Below are positions 49,025-59,168 of a stretch of DNA of 64,000 nucleotides, piece after piece; the first letter of the stretch is position 1; each line of letters begins with the position of its first letter. Under the pieces are notes generated by a model. The model was not told the DNA's origin. It saw only the letters and a list, made by a program, of their open reading frames with translations, and ran no database searches. Position numbers and translations under genes: made by a program. This stretch comes from an uncultured Actinomycetota bacterium (lineage in GTDB: Bacteria > Actinomycetota > Actinomycetes > JAHEKZ01). The stretch spans positions 480,001 through 544,000 of the forward strand of contig CAVQYR010000002.1 in NCBI GenBank assembly GCA_963718235.1. The letters run 5' to 3'.

Positions 49025-49651
49025 GTGCCCACCACGCCCGCGGCCCCCCGTCGGGGCCGGCCGCCCAGGCACAAGCGCGCCGACATCTTGGACGCGGCCT
49101 CCGAGGTGCTGGTCTTCCGCGGTTACGAGAGCACCCGGTACAGCGACGTCGCCGAGGCCAGTGGTGTCCCCGTCGGGAGCCTGCAGCACTACTTCCCGAC
49201 GATCGAGGTCTTGCGACGCGATGCCCTGCGCCACAAGGTTCGGGCCGAGCTGACCGCCCTGGCAACGGAGCTCGCTCAGATCGACGACCCGTGGGCGCGG
49301 ATTCGTCACATCATCGTGTCCTCGGTGTCCCTGGAACCCGCGCGTCGCCGCGGTGGCTGGGTCCTGTGGCTCGAGTACTGGCGGGCGGCGGCCCACGACC
49401 CCGAGCTGGCCGACGACACCCACGAGGTGGACGCCGCCTGGCTGGACCTCGCGGCGCAGTGTGTCGACGACGGCGTCCGATCGGGGCTCTTCCGGCTCGA
49501 CGGTACGCCACACGAGGCGGCGGTGGAGCTGCACGCCCTGCTCGACGGGCTCGGGGTGGGGCTGGCCGTGGAGCACCCGCCCGAACAGGCCGCCGAGGCG
49601 ATCGCTCTGGTGGAGCGCGCCGCGCGGCGGATGCTGTTCTCCACGCGCTGA
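49025..49651 (+). CDS. TetR family regulator (BetI-like C-terminus)
   Basis: 'ILDAA..V...RGY..T...DVA..SGV..GSL.HYF', 'LWLEYW'. Confidence 0.9.
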   Translation: MPTTPAAPRRGRPPRHKRADILDAASEVLVFRGYESTRYSDVAEASGVPVGSLQHYFPTIEVLRRDALRHKVRAELTALATELAQIDDPWARIRHIIVSSVSLEPARRRGGWVLWLEYWRAAAHDPELADDTHEVDAAWLDLAAQCVDDGVRSGLFRLDGTPHEAAVELHALLDGLGVGLAVEHPPEQAAEAIALVERAARRMLFSTR

Positions 49652-49787
49652 CCGACGGCCGGTCACCCACCGTTGCGCCTGACGGGTGGTGGGGTCTTGA
49701 CGGGGACGCCGCCCGGGGTCATCATTCCTATACCCATATGGCGCTATGAGAATGACTCGGGTCGTTCCCACGAGAGGAGCATCAGCC

Positions 49788-51164
49788 ATGACGCTGAACC
49801 GTCGGGACTTCATCAAGGTGGCCGGGGCGGCCGCCGCGGTCGTTGCCTGCTCCCCGGCCACCCGGGCCGTGGCAGCGACCAGGCAGCGGGTGCTGGTGGT
49901 CGGCGCGGGCATGGCCGGAATGGCGGCGGCGCGACAGCTGGTCGACGCCGGACACACGGTGACGGTGCTCGAGGCGCGCAACCGCCTCGGCGGCCGGATC
50001 CACACGAGCAACGCGTGGGCCGACGCACCGATCGACCTCGGCGCCTCGTGGATCCACGAGACGCAGGGCAACCCGCTCACCTCGCTGGCGAGCCAGGCGG
50101 GGGCGCGCACGGTCACCACCGACTACGCCAGCTTCGCCACCTACGACGCGAGCCTGGGCAAGATCACGACCGGCTCCGGTTCGGCTTACGCGTCCATGCA
50201 GGCCAAGTTCGACAGCGCCGTCAAGGCCGGCTACAACACCAACAAGGACACCGCGCTGCGTACGGCTCTGGAGAGCAGCCTCAAGCTGAGCACGCTGACC
50301 GAGCCGAACAAGCGGTTGGCCAACCACTTCATCGTGAGCCTGGCCGACGACGAGTACGCCGGCGACTCCGCCGAGCTGTCCAGCTGGTACTGGGACAGCA
50401 TGGGCGGCTACTCGGGTCTCGACGCCGTTCTGCCCGACGGATACGTCGCGCTGGTGAACCACCTGGCCACCGGGATCAACGTCCAGCTGAACCGCACCGT
50501 CACGGCCATCTCCCACACGTCGACGGGCGTCACGGTGACCACGTCCGGCGGCACCTTCACCGGCGACCGCGTGATCGTGACCGTACCGCTGGGTGTCCTC
50601 AAGAAGAACGCGATCACCTTCAGCCCCGCCCTGTCCTCCACCAAGACGACCGCGATCAGCAAGCTCGGGATGGGCACGGGGACCCTGAGCAAGGTGTTCC
50701 TGCGCTTCCCGAGCGTCTTCTGGGACAACGTCGACTGGATCGAGTACGTCGCGTCGACGGCCGACCGGGGCCGGTTCCACCAGTGGCTCAACGTCGCCCG
50801 GGTGTCCGGGGGCAAACCGATCCTGCTGGGCTTCCTCGGTGGGTTCTACGCCCAGTCGGCCGAGGCGATGACCGACCAGCAGATCGTCGACGCCGCCATG
50901 GGCCCCCTGCGCACGATGTACGGCGCGAGCATCCCCAACCCGGTCGCATGGCAGATCCCGCGATGGAGCACCGACCCGTTCTCCTACGGGTCGTACTCCT
51001 TCAACAAGCTGAACTCGACGCCGAGCATGCGCAACAACCTGGCGGCCGACGTCAGCAAGCGGGTCTTCTTCGCTGGTGAGGCCACCCACAAGACGCTGTT
51101 CGCCACGGTGCACGGCGCGTACCTGTCCGGACAGCGCGCGGCCACCGAGATCATGAACGCCTGA
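49788..51164 (+). CDS. Tat-exported flavin amine oxidase (polyamine oxidase/LSD1-like)
   Basis: NRRDFI signal; 'GAGMAG', 'EARNRLGGR', 'DLGASWIH', 'FAGEAT....[10 protein letters not shown]'. Confidence 0.92.
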   Translation: MTLNRRDFIKVAGAAAAVVACSPATRAVAATRQRVLVVGAGMAGMAAARQLVDAGHTVTVLEARNRLGGRIHTSNAWADAPIDLGASWIHETQGNPLTSLASQAGARTVTTDYASFATYDASLGKITTGSGSAYASMQAKFDSAVKAGYNTNKDTALRTALESSLKLSTLTEPNKRLANHFIVSLADDEYAGDSAELSSWYWDSMGGYSGLDAVLPDGYVALVNHLATGINVQLNRTVTAISHTSTGVTVTTSGGTFTGDRVIVTVPLGVLKKNAITFSPALSSTKTTAISKLGMGTGTLSKVFLRFPSVFWDNVDWIEYVASTADRGRFHQWLNVARVSGGKPILLGFLGGFYAQSAEAMTDQQIVDAAMGPLRTMYGASIPNPVAWQIPRWSTDPFSYGSYSFNKLNSTPSMRNNLAADVSKRVFFAGEATHKTLFATVHGAYLSGQRAATEIMNA

Positions 51165-51214
51165 GCGAGCCGAGAGGCGGGCTCCTTCGCCGCCCAGATG
51201 GCTACAGTGAGGCC

Positions 51215-52219
51215 GTGTCGGTCCGGTGGTCCCTGCTCGCCTCGACGGTCGCGCTCGCCGTGGTCTCGAGCGTCGCCGTGGTCGACGCACCGACAGCCAA
51301 CAGTCGGGCGTTGCCGGCGGGTTCGACGCAGTCCACGCCGGGGTGGGCGCTGGACCGGATCGACCAGCGACGTCTCCCGCTGAACGGCACCTACCGGTCC
51401 AGGGCGAACGGGTCGGGGGTGACGGCCTATGTGGTCGACTGCGGCGCGCAGGTCGGCAACCCCGCGTTCGGTGGCCGCGGCCGACGCGGCCCCAACCTCG
51501 CCGGGGGCACCTGGGGCGACTGCACCGACTCGTTCGCGGTCGGACATGCGACCTTCGTCGCCGGGATCATCGGGGGTGCCGTGACCGGCGTGGCGAAGGC
51601 TGTGCGTGTGGTGTCGGTGAGGGCGCTCAACGGTGGAGAGGGCGTCGGCGCCCCGCCGACTCGGGTCCAGGCGCAGCGGGTCGTCGACGCGATCGACTGG
51701 GTGATCAAGGACGCGGCCAGACACCCCGGTCCAGCCGTGGTGAACCTCTCGCTGGGATTCCCGGAGCGATTCATCGGTGTGAGCCGTGCGCTGCAACGGC
51801 TGGAGCGCGCTCACATCACGGCGGCCGTGGCGGCTGGAAACGAGTCCGGAGACGCGTGCCAGCACACCCCTGCCCGGGTCCCCACCGCGCTCACCGTGGG
51901 CGCAGTGAACCGCCACGACCGGCGGTGGAGCGGATCGAACAGCGGGCCCTGCGTCGACCTCTTCGCGCCCGGGGTCGGCGTGCGCTCGGTCCTGCGCGGC
52001 GGTGGCGTGTTCACGTATCGCGGCTCGGGGGCGACGTCGTGGGCCACGCCGTACGTGACCGGCGCCGTGGCCCTGTACCTGTCCACTCACCCCCGGGCGC
52101 ACCCACCAGCAGTCCGTCGCTGGGTCCTGACCGGCTCGACAAGGGGACTGCTCAGCGGACTCCCGACCGGCACGCCCAACCGCCTGCTGTACGCGTTCGC
52201 CCCACTGCGCCGAGCCTGA
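51215..52219 (+). CDS. Secreted S8 subtilisin/proteinase K-like serine protease
   Basis: Signal peptide, 'WALDRIDQR', triad D(CG), H(AT), S(WATP), oxyanion 'AAGN'. Confidence 0.88.
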   Translation: MSVRWSLLASTVALAVVSSVAVVDAPTANSRALPAGSTQSTPGWALDRIDQRRLPLNGTYRSRANGSGVTAYVVDCGAQVGNPAFGGRGRRGPNLAGGTWGDCTDSFAVGHATFVAGIIGGAVTGVAKAVRVVSVRALNGGEGVGAPPTRVQAQRVVDAIDWVIKDAARHPGPAVVNLSLGFPERFIGVSRALQRLERAHITAAVAAGNESGDACQHTPARVPTALTVGAVNRHDRRWSGSNSGPCVDLFAPGVGVRSVLRGGGVFTYRGSGATSWATPYVTGAVALYLSTHPRAHPPAVRRWVLTGSTRGLLSGLPTGTPNRLLYAFAPLRRA

Positions 52220-52258
52220 GCCCCACGCCGGCCGTGCTCCCGACCAGGGGCGGGACCG

Positions 52259-52726
52259 TCATTGCAGGGGGATCCCCGTGTCGTCGCCCTCGGCGCGTGC
52301 TCCGTAGATACGGCGCTGCGCCGCGTCGATGGCCACGTCGTTGATGCTCGCCTCACGACGGGACATGTAGCCCCGTTCGTCGAACTCCCAGTTCTCGTTG
52401 CCATAGGACCGGAACCACTGTCCGGCAGCGTCGTGCCACTCGTACTGGAAGCGCACGGCGATCCGGTTGTCGCTGAACGCCCATAGTTCCTTGCGCAGCA
52501 CATAGTCGAGCTCGCGCTCCCACTTGCGCTGCAGGAACGACACGATCGCTGCGTGGCCCTGGAGGAACTCGTCGCGGTTGCGCCACTGCGAGTCGGGGCT
52601 GTACGCGCCGGCCACGCGCTCGGGGTCCCGGCTGTTCCAAGCGGTCTCAGCCATCAACACCTTGGTACGTGCGGACTGCTCGTCGAACGGCGGCAGTGGG
52701 GCGCGGGGGGTGGGGGCGGTCGACAT
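52259..52726 (-). CDS. DUF1348 / NTF2-like protein
   Basis: '[12 protein letters not shown]', 'WRNR', '[10 protein letters not shown]', 'RREASIND'. Confidence 0.93.
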   Translation of the reverse strand: MSTAPTPRAPLPPFDEQSARTKVLMAETAWNSRDPERVAGAYSPDSQWRNRDEFLQGHAAIVSFLQRKWERELDYVLRKELWAFSDNRIAVRFQYEWHDAAGQWFRSYGNENWEFDERGYMSRREASINDVAIDAAQRRIYGARAEGDDTGIPLQ

Positions 52727-52903
52727 GCGGCCTCCATAGGTGGGGGAACGGCAGGGTCAATCTAGGCCTCACCAGCTGTTGCCCGCCTGCGTCCGATAGA
52801 CCAGCTGCGCCACGACGCGCCGGACCCCTCGTCGCCTCCTGGGCGCCCTTTGCTGTGAAGATGGCGGGCAGCAGATGACGGCCTCACCGTTTGGCGACCA
52901 GGA

Positions 52904-55336
52904 GTGACGATGTCGACCTCAGCGCACCAGTTGGCGTGGACCTCCGGCCGAACCCGGGTCAGCCTGGTCGTGGGGCTGCTCGCCACCACGAGCGTCCTCC
53001 TCGGTGTGCCTCAGCTGGCAGGGGCCGCCGCGGCGGACCGAGCCGTCCCTGCTCCCACTCCGAGCTACCAGGTGACGATCGTGGCGCGCACCTGCGACTC
53101 GTTCGCCTCGATCATGGCCAACCGGGCCCGGAACAACATCCAGGAGAGCCTGCAGGACCTCGGCCCCGACACGCTCTACTCCAGTGGTCAGCCGGTGAGT
53201 CCCAGGGTCGAGGACGTCAACGCCACCACCCAGGTGGCCGGCTGCGACCCGCTGGCCGGGTGGAGGTTCCAGCTGGGCACGGGGATCGCCGGCAAGTCGG
53301 ACTTCCTCAGCCAGGTCAGCAACCCGTACGCACCTCCGCCCGGACCGACCACTGCGTCGGTGCCCGAGCTGGATCCACAGGGTCAGCCAACCGGCCGCAC
53401 CGTCCAGGGCGCGCGCACCATCACGTTGACCTCGGCCCAGGCCCAGCTCGCCCAGCAGTCGAGCCGGTTGTGGATCCAGGGCGGCGTGGTGGGAGACCCC
53501 CTGCTGGACAACCCGCCGTCCCCCTTCGACCCGCCGCAGGCGTTCGGCGCCCTGCGCTGCGCGGTCGACAACCTCAACGGCGACAACGTCGAGTGGATCG
53601 GCTTCCCGAGCGGGGCCACCCACGTGTTCTGCTACTACTTCGCAGTCAGCCCTCCGCCTGAGGCGGCGACCATCCGCGTCGTCAAGCAGCTTCCGGGCTC
53701 CGAGGCGCCGGTCAACCGCACCTTCGGGTTCGCCGGCAACGTCAGCTACGTGCCGGGGCCGACCGGAGACCCCAACGACAACCCCTTCGGTGTCCCCGTC
53801 AACGGCCGGACCGGGTCGGTCGACTTCGTCCGGGCTGCCGACACGTCGGCCCCATGGACGTTGTACGAGCAGGAGGACCCCGACTGGGCGCTGACCAACG
53901 CAGACTGCCGGTCCCGAGACGGCACCAGCACGATCACGCCACCCGGAACGGTGCAACAGGGCCCGGCGGGGAGGTTCGCCGTCACCCTCGGCGCGGGCGA
54001 CCTGGTCACGTGCACCTTCACCAACGTGCGCGACATCGCCGGCCTCGCGATCGAGAAGGTCACCGAGGAGGGCACGGGCACGTTCGACTTCCGGGCCAGC
54101 AGCCCGAGCGGTCTGAACACGGCCTCGGCGTCGGTCACCACTCTCCAGCCGGGAGACCCGGTCCGCGCGCTGGAGATCACCGGCGCCTCGGGCACCTTCA
54201 CTGCCCAGGAGGACCTGCCCTCGGGCGTGGCCGCCGGCGCGTGGACGATCAGCCGGGTGTCGTGCAACGGCACCGACCTCTCACCGACTCCGGTCGTCGG
54301 CCAGCCAGCAAGCGGCACGATCGCCCCGGGGGCGAACGTCTTGTGCACCGTCTACAACAGCCCGCAAGGGTCGATCACCGTCCGCAAGACCTCCGAGGGA
54401 GGCACTGGAACGTTCTCCTTCGTCATCGTCCCCCTGGGGGGCTTCCCCCTCGACGGAACGGGCGGCAACGTCGGTCTGAGCGCGACGACGAACCAGCAGG
54501 GTGTGCGTGTCCCTGCAACGCCCACGGACGGGTCCAACACCGGCCTGCCCTTCCAGCGCTACGCCGTCGTCGAGCTCGCACCGCCCAGCGAGCCGAGCGG
54601 GACGTGGCGGCTCACCGAGGCCACGTGTGACGCGTCGGACAGCACGTCGGTGCGCTCGGCCGGCCTCATCGGTGCCGCCTTCACCCTCTCGCCGGCGGAT
54701 CCGACAGTGACCTGCGACTTCACCGACGAGCTGGTGCCAGCCGCCGCGCTCCAGGTGGTGAAGACCGTGTCCGGCGACGCCTCGGCCCGAACGGGTGAGG
54801 TGCTGGTCTCGGTCCAGTGCAACGACGCGACGACGGCATCCCTGGTCGGACCTGCAGGGCGGCCCGGCCCGTTCTCGTTGCCTCAGCGCCTCGTCTTCAC
54901 CGACTTCCTGTGGAACGCCCAGGACGAGCCGACGCTGTCGTGTCGCGTCCGGGAGGCCGAGACCGGAGTCGCCGACGGGGCGACCGTCGCCACCGAGTGG
55001 ACGGTCGTGACCGACGGGGTCCCGGCTCCGCCGACGTCCGGCGAGTCGGTCCGGGTCGACCCGACACCGGGACAGGTGGTCACGGTGCGGGTCGAGAACA
55101 CCTACCAGAGCGCCTCGGGGCCGACGCCGACACCGACCCCGTCGGGGACCGACGGCGGTGGAACGGGCGGGGCCGCCGGCGGAGGGGCGGGCGGTCCCCT
55201 TCCGGTCACGGGCCTGTCCGGCGCGCTGGCCCTCACCCTCGGGGCCGGCCTGGTGCTGCTCGTGCTGGGCGGGATCGCGCTGATCGTGTCCTACGGTCGT
55301 GGCCGCCGGACGGCGGAGCGCCCTCAGTCTTCGTAA
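52904..55336 (+). CDS. Sortase-anchored surface protein with repeated Ig/prealbumin-like domains
   Basis: Signal peptide; repeats ending 'VTCTFTN', 'LCTVYN', 'VTCDFTD'; PT/G linker; LPVTG followed by TM and basic tail. Confidence 0.82.
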   Translation: MTMSTSAHQLAWTSGRTRVSLVVGLLATTSVLLGVPQLAGAAAADRAVPAPTPSYQVTIVARTCDSFASIMANRARNNIQESLQDLGPDTLYSSGQPVSPRVEDVNATTQVAGCDPLAGWRFQLGTGIAGKSDFLSQVSNPYAPPPGPTTASVPELDPQGQPTGRTVQGARTITLTSAQAQLAQQSSRLWIQGGVVGDPLLDNPPSPFDPPQAFGALRCAVDNLNGDNVEWIGFPSGATHVFCYYFAVSPPPEAATIRVVKQLPGSEAPVNRTFGFAGNVSYVPGPTGDPNDNPFGVPVNGRTGSVDFVRAADTSAPWTLYEQEDPDWALTNADCRSRDGTSTITPPGTVQQGPAGRFAVTLGAGDLVTCTFTNVRDIAGLAIEKVTEEGTGTFDFRASSPSGLNTASASVTTLQPGDPVRALEITGASGTFTAQEDLPSGVAAGAWTISRVSCNGTDLSPTPVVGQPASGTIAPGANVLCTVYNSPQGSITVRKTSEGGTGTFSFVIVPLGGFPLDGTGGNVGLSATTNQQGVRVPATPTDGSNTGLPFQRYAVVELAPPSEPSGTWRLTEATCDASDSTSVRSAGLIGAAFTLSPADPTVTCDFTDELVPAAALQVVKTVSGDASARTGEVLVSVQCNDATTASLVGPAGRPGPFSLPQRLVFTDFLWNAQDEPTLSCRVREAETGVADGATVATEWTVVTDGVPAPPTSGESVRVDPTPGQVVTVRVENTYQSASGPTPTPTPSGTDGGGTGGAAGGGAGGPLPVTGLSGALALTLGAGLVLLVLGGIALIVSYGRGRRTAERPQSS

Positions 55337-55406
55337 CCCGGTACCCCGAGGGGCTGGCGGTGCCGCGCGGGCGCGGCCATGCTGTCAGCGTCGAGAGGGG
55401 CTCCGG

Positions 55407-57296
55407 ATGGGTGTCGAGTCCGATCAGGTGACCGGTTCCGCGCCGACGAGCACGCGTCCGGGTCCGACGCTGGACCCTCTCGTGATGACCCCGGAGGAGA
55501 TGCGTCGGACCGGCTACGCCGTCGTGGACGCCATGGTGGGGTGGGCCGACCAGCCGGACCCGGTCATTCGACGGGCCGACCCCGAGTCCATGCAGGCATG
55601 CCTGCACACGGCGTGCCCCGAGGTCGGCGTCGGCATGGACGACGTCCTGGAGCGGCTGTGCCACGACGTGCTTCCCTTCGCGAGCAAGGTCGGTCACCCG
55701 GGCTACTTCGCCTACATCCCCGGCTCGACGACCTGGCCGTCGGCACTGGCGGAGTTCATGGCCAACGTCACCAACGTCTACTGCGGCTCGTGGATGGAGG
55801 CGGCCGGACCGAGCCAGCTGGAGCTCACGGTGCTCGACTGGTTCCGGGACTGGCTCGGGATGCCGCCGGAAAGCGACGGCGTCCTCGTGTCGGGCGGGTC
55901 GGCGTCCAACCTGACCGCGTTGGCTGCTGCCCGCGAGCTCCGGCTCGGTCCGATGAGCAAGCACGCGGTCATCTACTGCGCCGACCAGGCGCACTCGTCG
56001 GTGGGGCGTGCGGCGCGGGTGCTCGGTTTCCGTCCCGACCAGGTGCACGTCATACCCTCCGACGACCGCTTTCGGCTGCGACCTGAGGCGTTGCGGGCGG
56101 CGATCGAGTTCGACCTGGCCGGTGGGCGTCAGCCGTTGGTCGTGTGCGCTGCGGCCGGGTCGACCAACACCGGAAGCGTCGACCCCATGCACGAGATCGC
56201 TGACCTGTGCGCCGAGCTGGGCGTGTGGATGCACGTCGACGCGGCCTACGGCGGCTTCGCCGCCCTGACCGAGCGTGGTGCAGCAGCACTGGACGGGATC
56301 GAGCGCGCCGACTCGGTCACGCTCGACCCGCACAAGTGGCTGTTCCAGCCAATGGAGTGTGGTGCCTTGCTGGTCCGCGAGCACGGGGCACTGGAGAAGG
56401 CGTTCGGGGTCCTTCCGGACTACCTCGCCGATGCCGACGCCCACGGCACCGAGGTGAACTTCAGCGACCGCGGGCTCCAGCTGACCCGCAATGCGAGGGC
56501 GCTGAAGGTGTGGGCGTCCCTCTCGGCGTTCGGGGTGTCGGCGTTCCGCAGCGTCGTCGACCGGAGCCTCGACCTGGTCGGGGTAGCCCAGCAGTGCATC
56601 GAGTCGGACCCCGACCTCGAGCTGATGAACCCCGCAAGCCTGGGCATCGTGTGCTTCCGGCGCAGGGTGGACGGACTGAGCGAGGCCCAGACGGCGCGGG
56701 TGAACCTGTGGCTGGCGGGCGAGCTGGAGGCAACCGGTCGGGCGATGGTCTCCTCCACCCGTCTGCACGGTCGATTCGCCCTGCGGATGTGCGTGCTGAA
56801 CCACCTCACCCAGGAGGAGGACGTCCGCTGGACCCTCGACTACCTCGCGCGCACCCCGATCCCGTCCCGGCTCTTGGTCGACGACGTCGATGGTTCAGCC
56901 GGCTGGGCCGCGCTGCCCCTGCTGTCCCTCCTGACCGAGGAGGGAGTGGACTTCCTGGTGAACCACTCCTTCCGGCGTACGTTCTCGGCGGGGTCGACGA
57001 TCGTGTCGCAGTGGGCCACCGACCGTGACTTCTACGTGGTGCTCGACGGCAAGGTCGCGGTGAGCGTGGACGGCGAGCTCGTGCGGACCCTCGAGCAGGG
57101 GGACTTCTTCGGCGAGATCGCCGCATCGGACTGGGGAAGCGGCTACGGCTACGTGCGGCTGGCCGACGTCCGGGCCGAGTCCGAGGCCGACCTGATGCTT
57201 GTACCTGCGGAGGCACTGGCCAAGCTGATGGGTTCCGAGCCCGCCTTCCGCGAACGTGTCCTCACTGCTCGCTCCGACCGGCTCGCGCAGATGTGA
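55407..57296 (+). CDS. Group II PLP-dependent (aromatic amino acid-type) decarboxylase fused to a C-terminal cyclic nucleotide-binding domain
   Basis: 'HPGYFAY', 'SGGS.SNL', 'HSSV', 'HVDAAYGG', 'DPHKW'; C-terminal 'FYVVLDG.V.V...L.QGDFFGEIA...R.ADV.A'. Confidence 0.9.
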   Translation: MGVESDQVTGSAPTSTRPGPTLDPLVMTPEEMRRTGYAVVDAMVGWADQPDPVIRRADPESMQACLHTACPEVGVGMDDVLERLCHDVLPFASKVGHPGYFAYIPGSTTWPSALAEFMANVTNVYCGSWMEAAGPSQLELTVLDWFRDWLGMPPESDGVLVSGGSASNLTALAAARELRLGPMSKHAVIYCADQAHSSVGRAARVLGFRPDQVHVIPSDDRFRLRPEALRAAIEFDLAGGRQPLVVCAAAGSTNTGSVDPMHEIADLCAELGVWMHVDAAYGGFAALTERGAAALDGIERADSVTLDPHKWLFQPMECGALLVREHGALEKAFGVLPDYLADADAHGTEVNFSDRGLQLTRNARALKVWASLSAFGVSAFRSVVDRSLDLVGVAQQCIESDPDLELMNPASLGIVCFRRRVDGLSEAQTARVNLWLAGELEATGRAMVSSTRLHGRFALRMCVLNHLTQEEDVRWTLDYLARTPIPSRLLVDDVDGSAGWAALPLLSLLTEEGVDFLVNHSFRRTFSAGSTIVSQWATDRDFYVVLDGKVAVSVDGELVRTLEQGDFFGEIAASDWGSGYGYVRLADVRAESEADLMLVPAEALAKLMGSEPAFRERVLTARSDRLAQM

Positions 57297-57327
57297 GGAC
57301 CTGGAGCAACCAGGGGACGAGAGGCAC

Positions 57328-57972
57328 ATGAGATTCCGCGACCGACGGGACGCCGGGCGTCAGCTCGCGGCGTCCCTCGCCTGGGTCCGACCGGAGCATC
57401 CGGTCGTGCTCGGTCTCCTGCGCGGGGGCGTACCCGTCGCCTTCGAGGTGGCTCGAGGGCTCGGGGCTCCGCTGGACGTGGTGATCGTTCGGAAGGTCGG
57501 GGTGCCCGGCCAGCCGGAGCTGGCGATGGGTGCGGTCGGCGAGGAGGATGCGCGGGTCCGCAACGCGTCGGTGATCCACGACGCCGGCGTGACCGTGACC
57601 CAGCTGGAGGCGGCCGAACGTGAAGCGGAGGCGCAGGTGAGGATCCGCGCCGGAGCCGTGCGCCGAGTCAAGCCACGCATCCCGCTGAAGGGGCGCACGG
57701 TGGTCATCGTCGACGACGGGGTGGCCACGGGGTCGACGGCACGCGCGGCGTGCCAGGTGGTTCGGACCGAGGGGGCAGGGCGTGTCGTCCTCGCCGTGCC
57801 GGTCGCCCCCGCCGAGACGGTCGTTGCGCTTCGGGAGGTGGCCGACGAGGTGGTGTGTCTCGACGTGCCGAGTCCCTTCTACTCCGTCGGTCAGTTCTAC
57901 GACGACTTCACCCAGGTCGAGGACGACGCCGTGATCGCCTGCTTGCGCGAGGTCGACCCGACCGAGGCGTAG
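57328..57972 (+). CDS. Phosphoribosyltransferase family protein
   Basis: 'FRDRRDAGRQLA', 'RGGVPVA', 'IVDDGVATGST'. Confidence 0.93.
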   Translation: MRFRDRRDAGRQLAASLAWVRPEHPVVLGLLRGGVPVAFEVARGLGAPLDVVIVRKVGVPGQPELAMGAVGEEDARVRNASVIHDAGVTVTQLEAAEREAEAQVRIRAGAVRRVKPRIPLKGRTVVIVDDGVATGSTARAACQVVRTEGAGRVVLAVPVAPAETVVALREVADEVVCLDVPSPFYSVGQFYDDFTQVEDDAVIACLREVDPTEA

Positions 57973-57986
57973 TGCTGGGCTTCGGC

Positions 57987-58583
57987 TCAGCGGGAGTCGA
58001 ACCAGGCTGGGAATCCATGGAGGTCGTCCAGGATCACGTCGGGGCTCACCTCCTCCAGAGACTCGCGGCTCACTCCTCCGGTGAGGACCACCACCGAGAC
58101 GGCATCGGCCGCGCGCGCGGCCGCCACGTCGGCCCAGTGGTCCCCGACGTACACGTCGGCCTGCCACTCGCGCAGGGCGATCGCCTTGTCGACCCCCCAC
58201 AGGTCCCCGACGAGGGCGTCGGTCGCCAGCCGGGACGCCGTCATCGTGACCTCGGCCAGTGGCTGGTGCTTCGCCGTGACCACCACGACTCGACCGCCGC
58301 TGGCCTGGACCGCAGCGATGGCCCGGCGCGCGCCGGGCATCGCGGTGGCCATGGCGGCACCGAACTTCGCCATGTGGACGCGGAACCGGCGAACGGCGTC
58401 ATCGACGTCTTCGTCACCGAAGGCGTCGAGCAGTGCGTCGCGAACCGGAGGTCCGAGCTGCTGAACGATCGCGTCGGCGTCGATCGTGCGCCCGGTCTCG
58501 TCGGCCAGCGCGTCCAGACTGGCCCGGATGCCGGCGCGGGAGTCGACGAGGGTCATGTCCAGGTCGAACCCGACGGTCAACAC
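57987..58583 (-). CDS. HAD family hydrolase
   Basis: 'FDLDMTLVDS', 'VTAK', 'YVGDH..D'. Confidence 0.92.
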   Translation of the reverse strand: MLTVGFDLDMTLVDSRAGIRASLDALADETGRTIDADAIVQQLGPPVRDALLDAFGDEDVDDAVRRFRVHMAKFGAAMATAMPGARRAIAAVQASGGRVVVVTAKHQPLAEVTMTASRLATDALVGDLWGVDKAIALREWQADVYVGDHWADVAAARAADAVSVVVLTGGVSRESLEEVSPDVILDDLHGFPAWFDSR

Positions 58584-58610
58584 AGCGCCAGCCTAATGAG
58601 CGGTCGTCGG

Positions 58611-59075
58611 CTACCGGGTCGACGGGGGAGCCGGGACGGCGCGACCGAGAGCCTGGCCGGACAGGCTCGTCGCGATGGAACGGGCCCAGCGCCGCACGTC
58701 CGCGTCCCCCTCGTCCTCCGTGGAGAACGTCGCATGGTCGCGGGCCCGCAGACGCAGCATCGCCTGCACGGCCCCACGCACCGGAACGTCGGACAGCGCC
58801 TCGCCTGCGGGCACCGAGCTGAAGAGCCAGACCGGGCGCCGGAGCAGAGCCACCGCGTGGCGACGGGCGAACCGGCGGGCGTCGTCGTGCCAGTGGGACG
58901 CGAACACCGCGCCACCCAGCACGACGGCGTCGTACCCGTCGACGAGGTGGATCTCGAGGGCAGGTGCGACGTCGACGACGAAGTGGTGGCGGCGCAGCTC
59001 GTCGGCGACGACCTCGGCGACGTGCCGCGTACCGCCGTTCGACGTGCCGTACGTCACCAGGACCCGATGGCTCAC
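58611..59075 (-). CDS. Flavodoxin domain protein (HemG-like)
   Basis: 'VLVTYGTSNGGT..VAE', 'YDAVVLGGAV', 'PVWLFSS'. Confidence 0.8.
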   Translation of the reverse strand: MSHRVLVTYGTSNGGTRHVAEVVADELRRHHFVVDVAPALEIHLVDGYDAVVLGGAVFASHWHDDARRFARRHAVALLRRPVWLFSSVPAGEALSDVPVRGAVQAMLRLRARDHATFSTEDEGDADVRRWARSIATSLSGQALGRAVPAPPSTR

Positions 59076-59168
59076 CCGGCACCTCCCCTCGCTGACAACC
59101 GGATCTCTCGATGTCAGCACGCCCGCTGCGGCGGCGATACGGTCCAAAGACCCGAAGCGGGGCTCAGG

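Noticed and set aside
55121-55200. PT and Gly-rich low-complexity repeat
   Set aside because: Ordinary linker before the LPxTG anchor.
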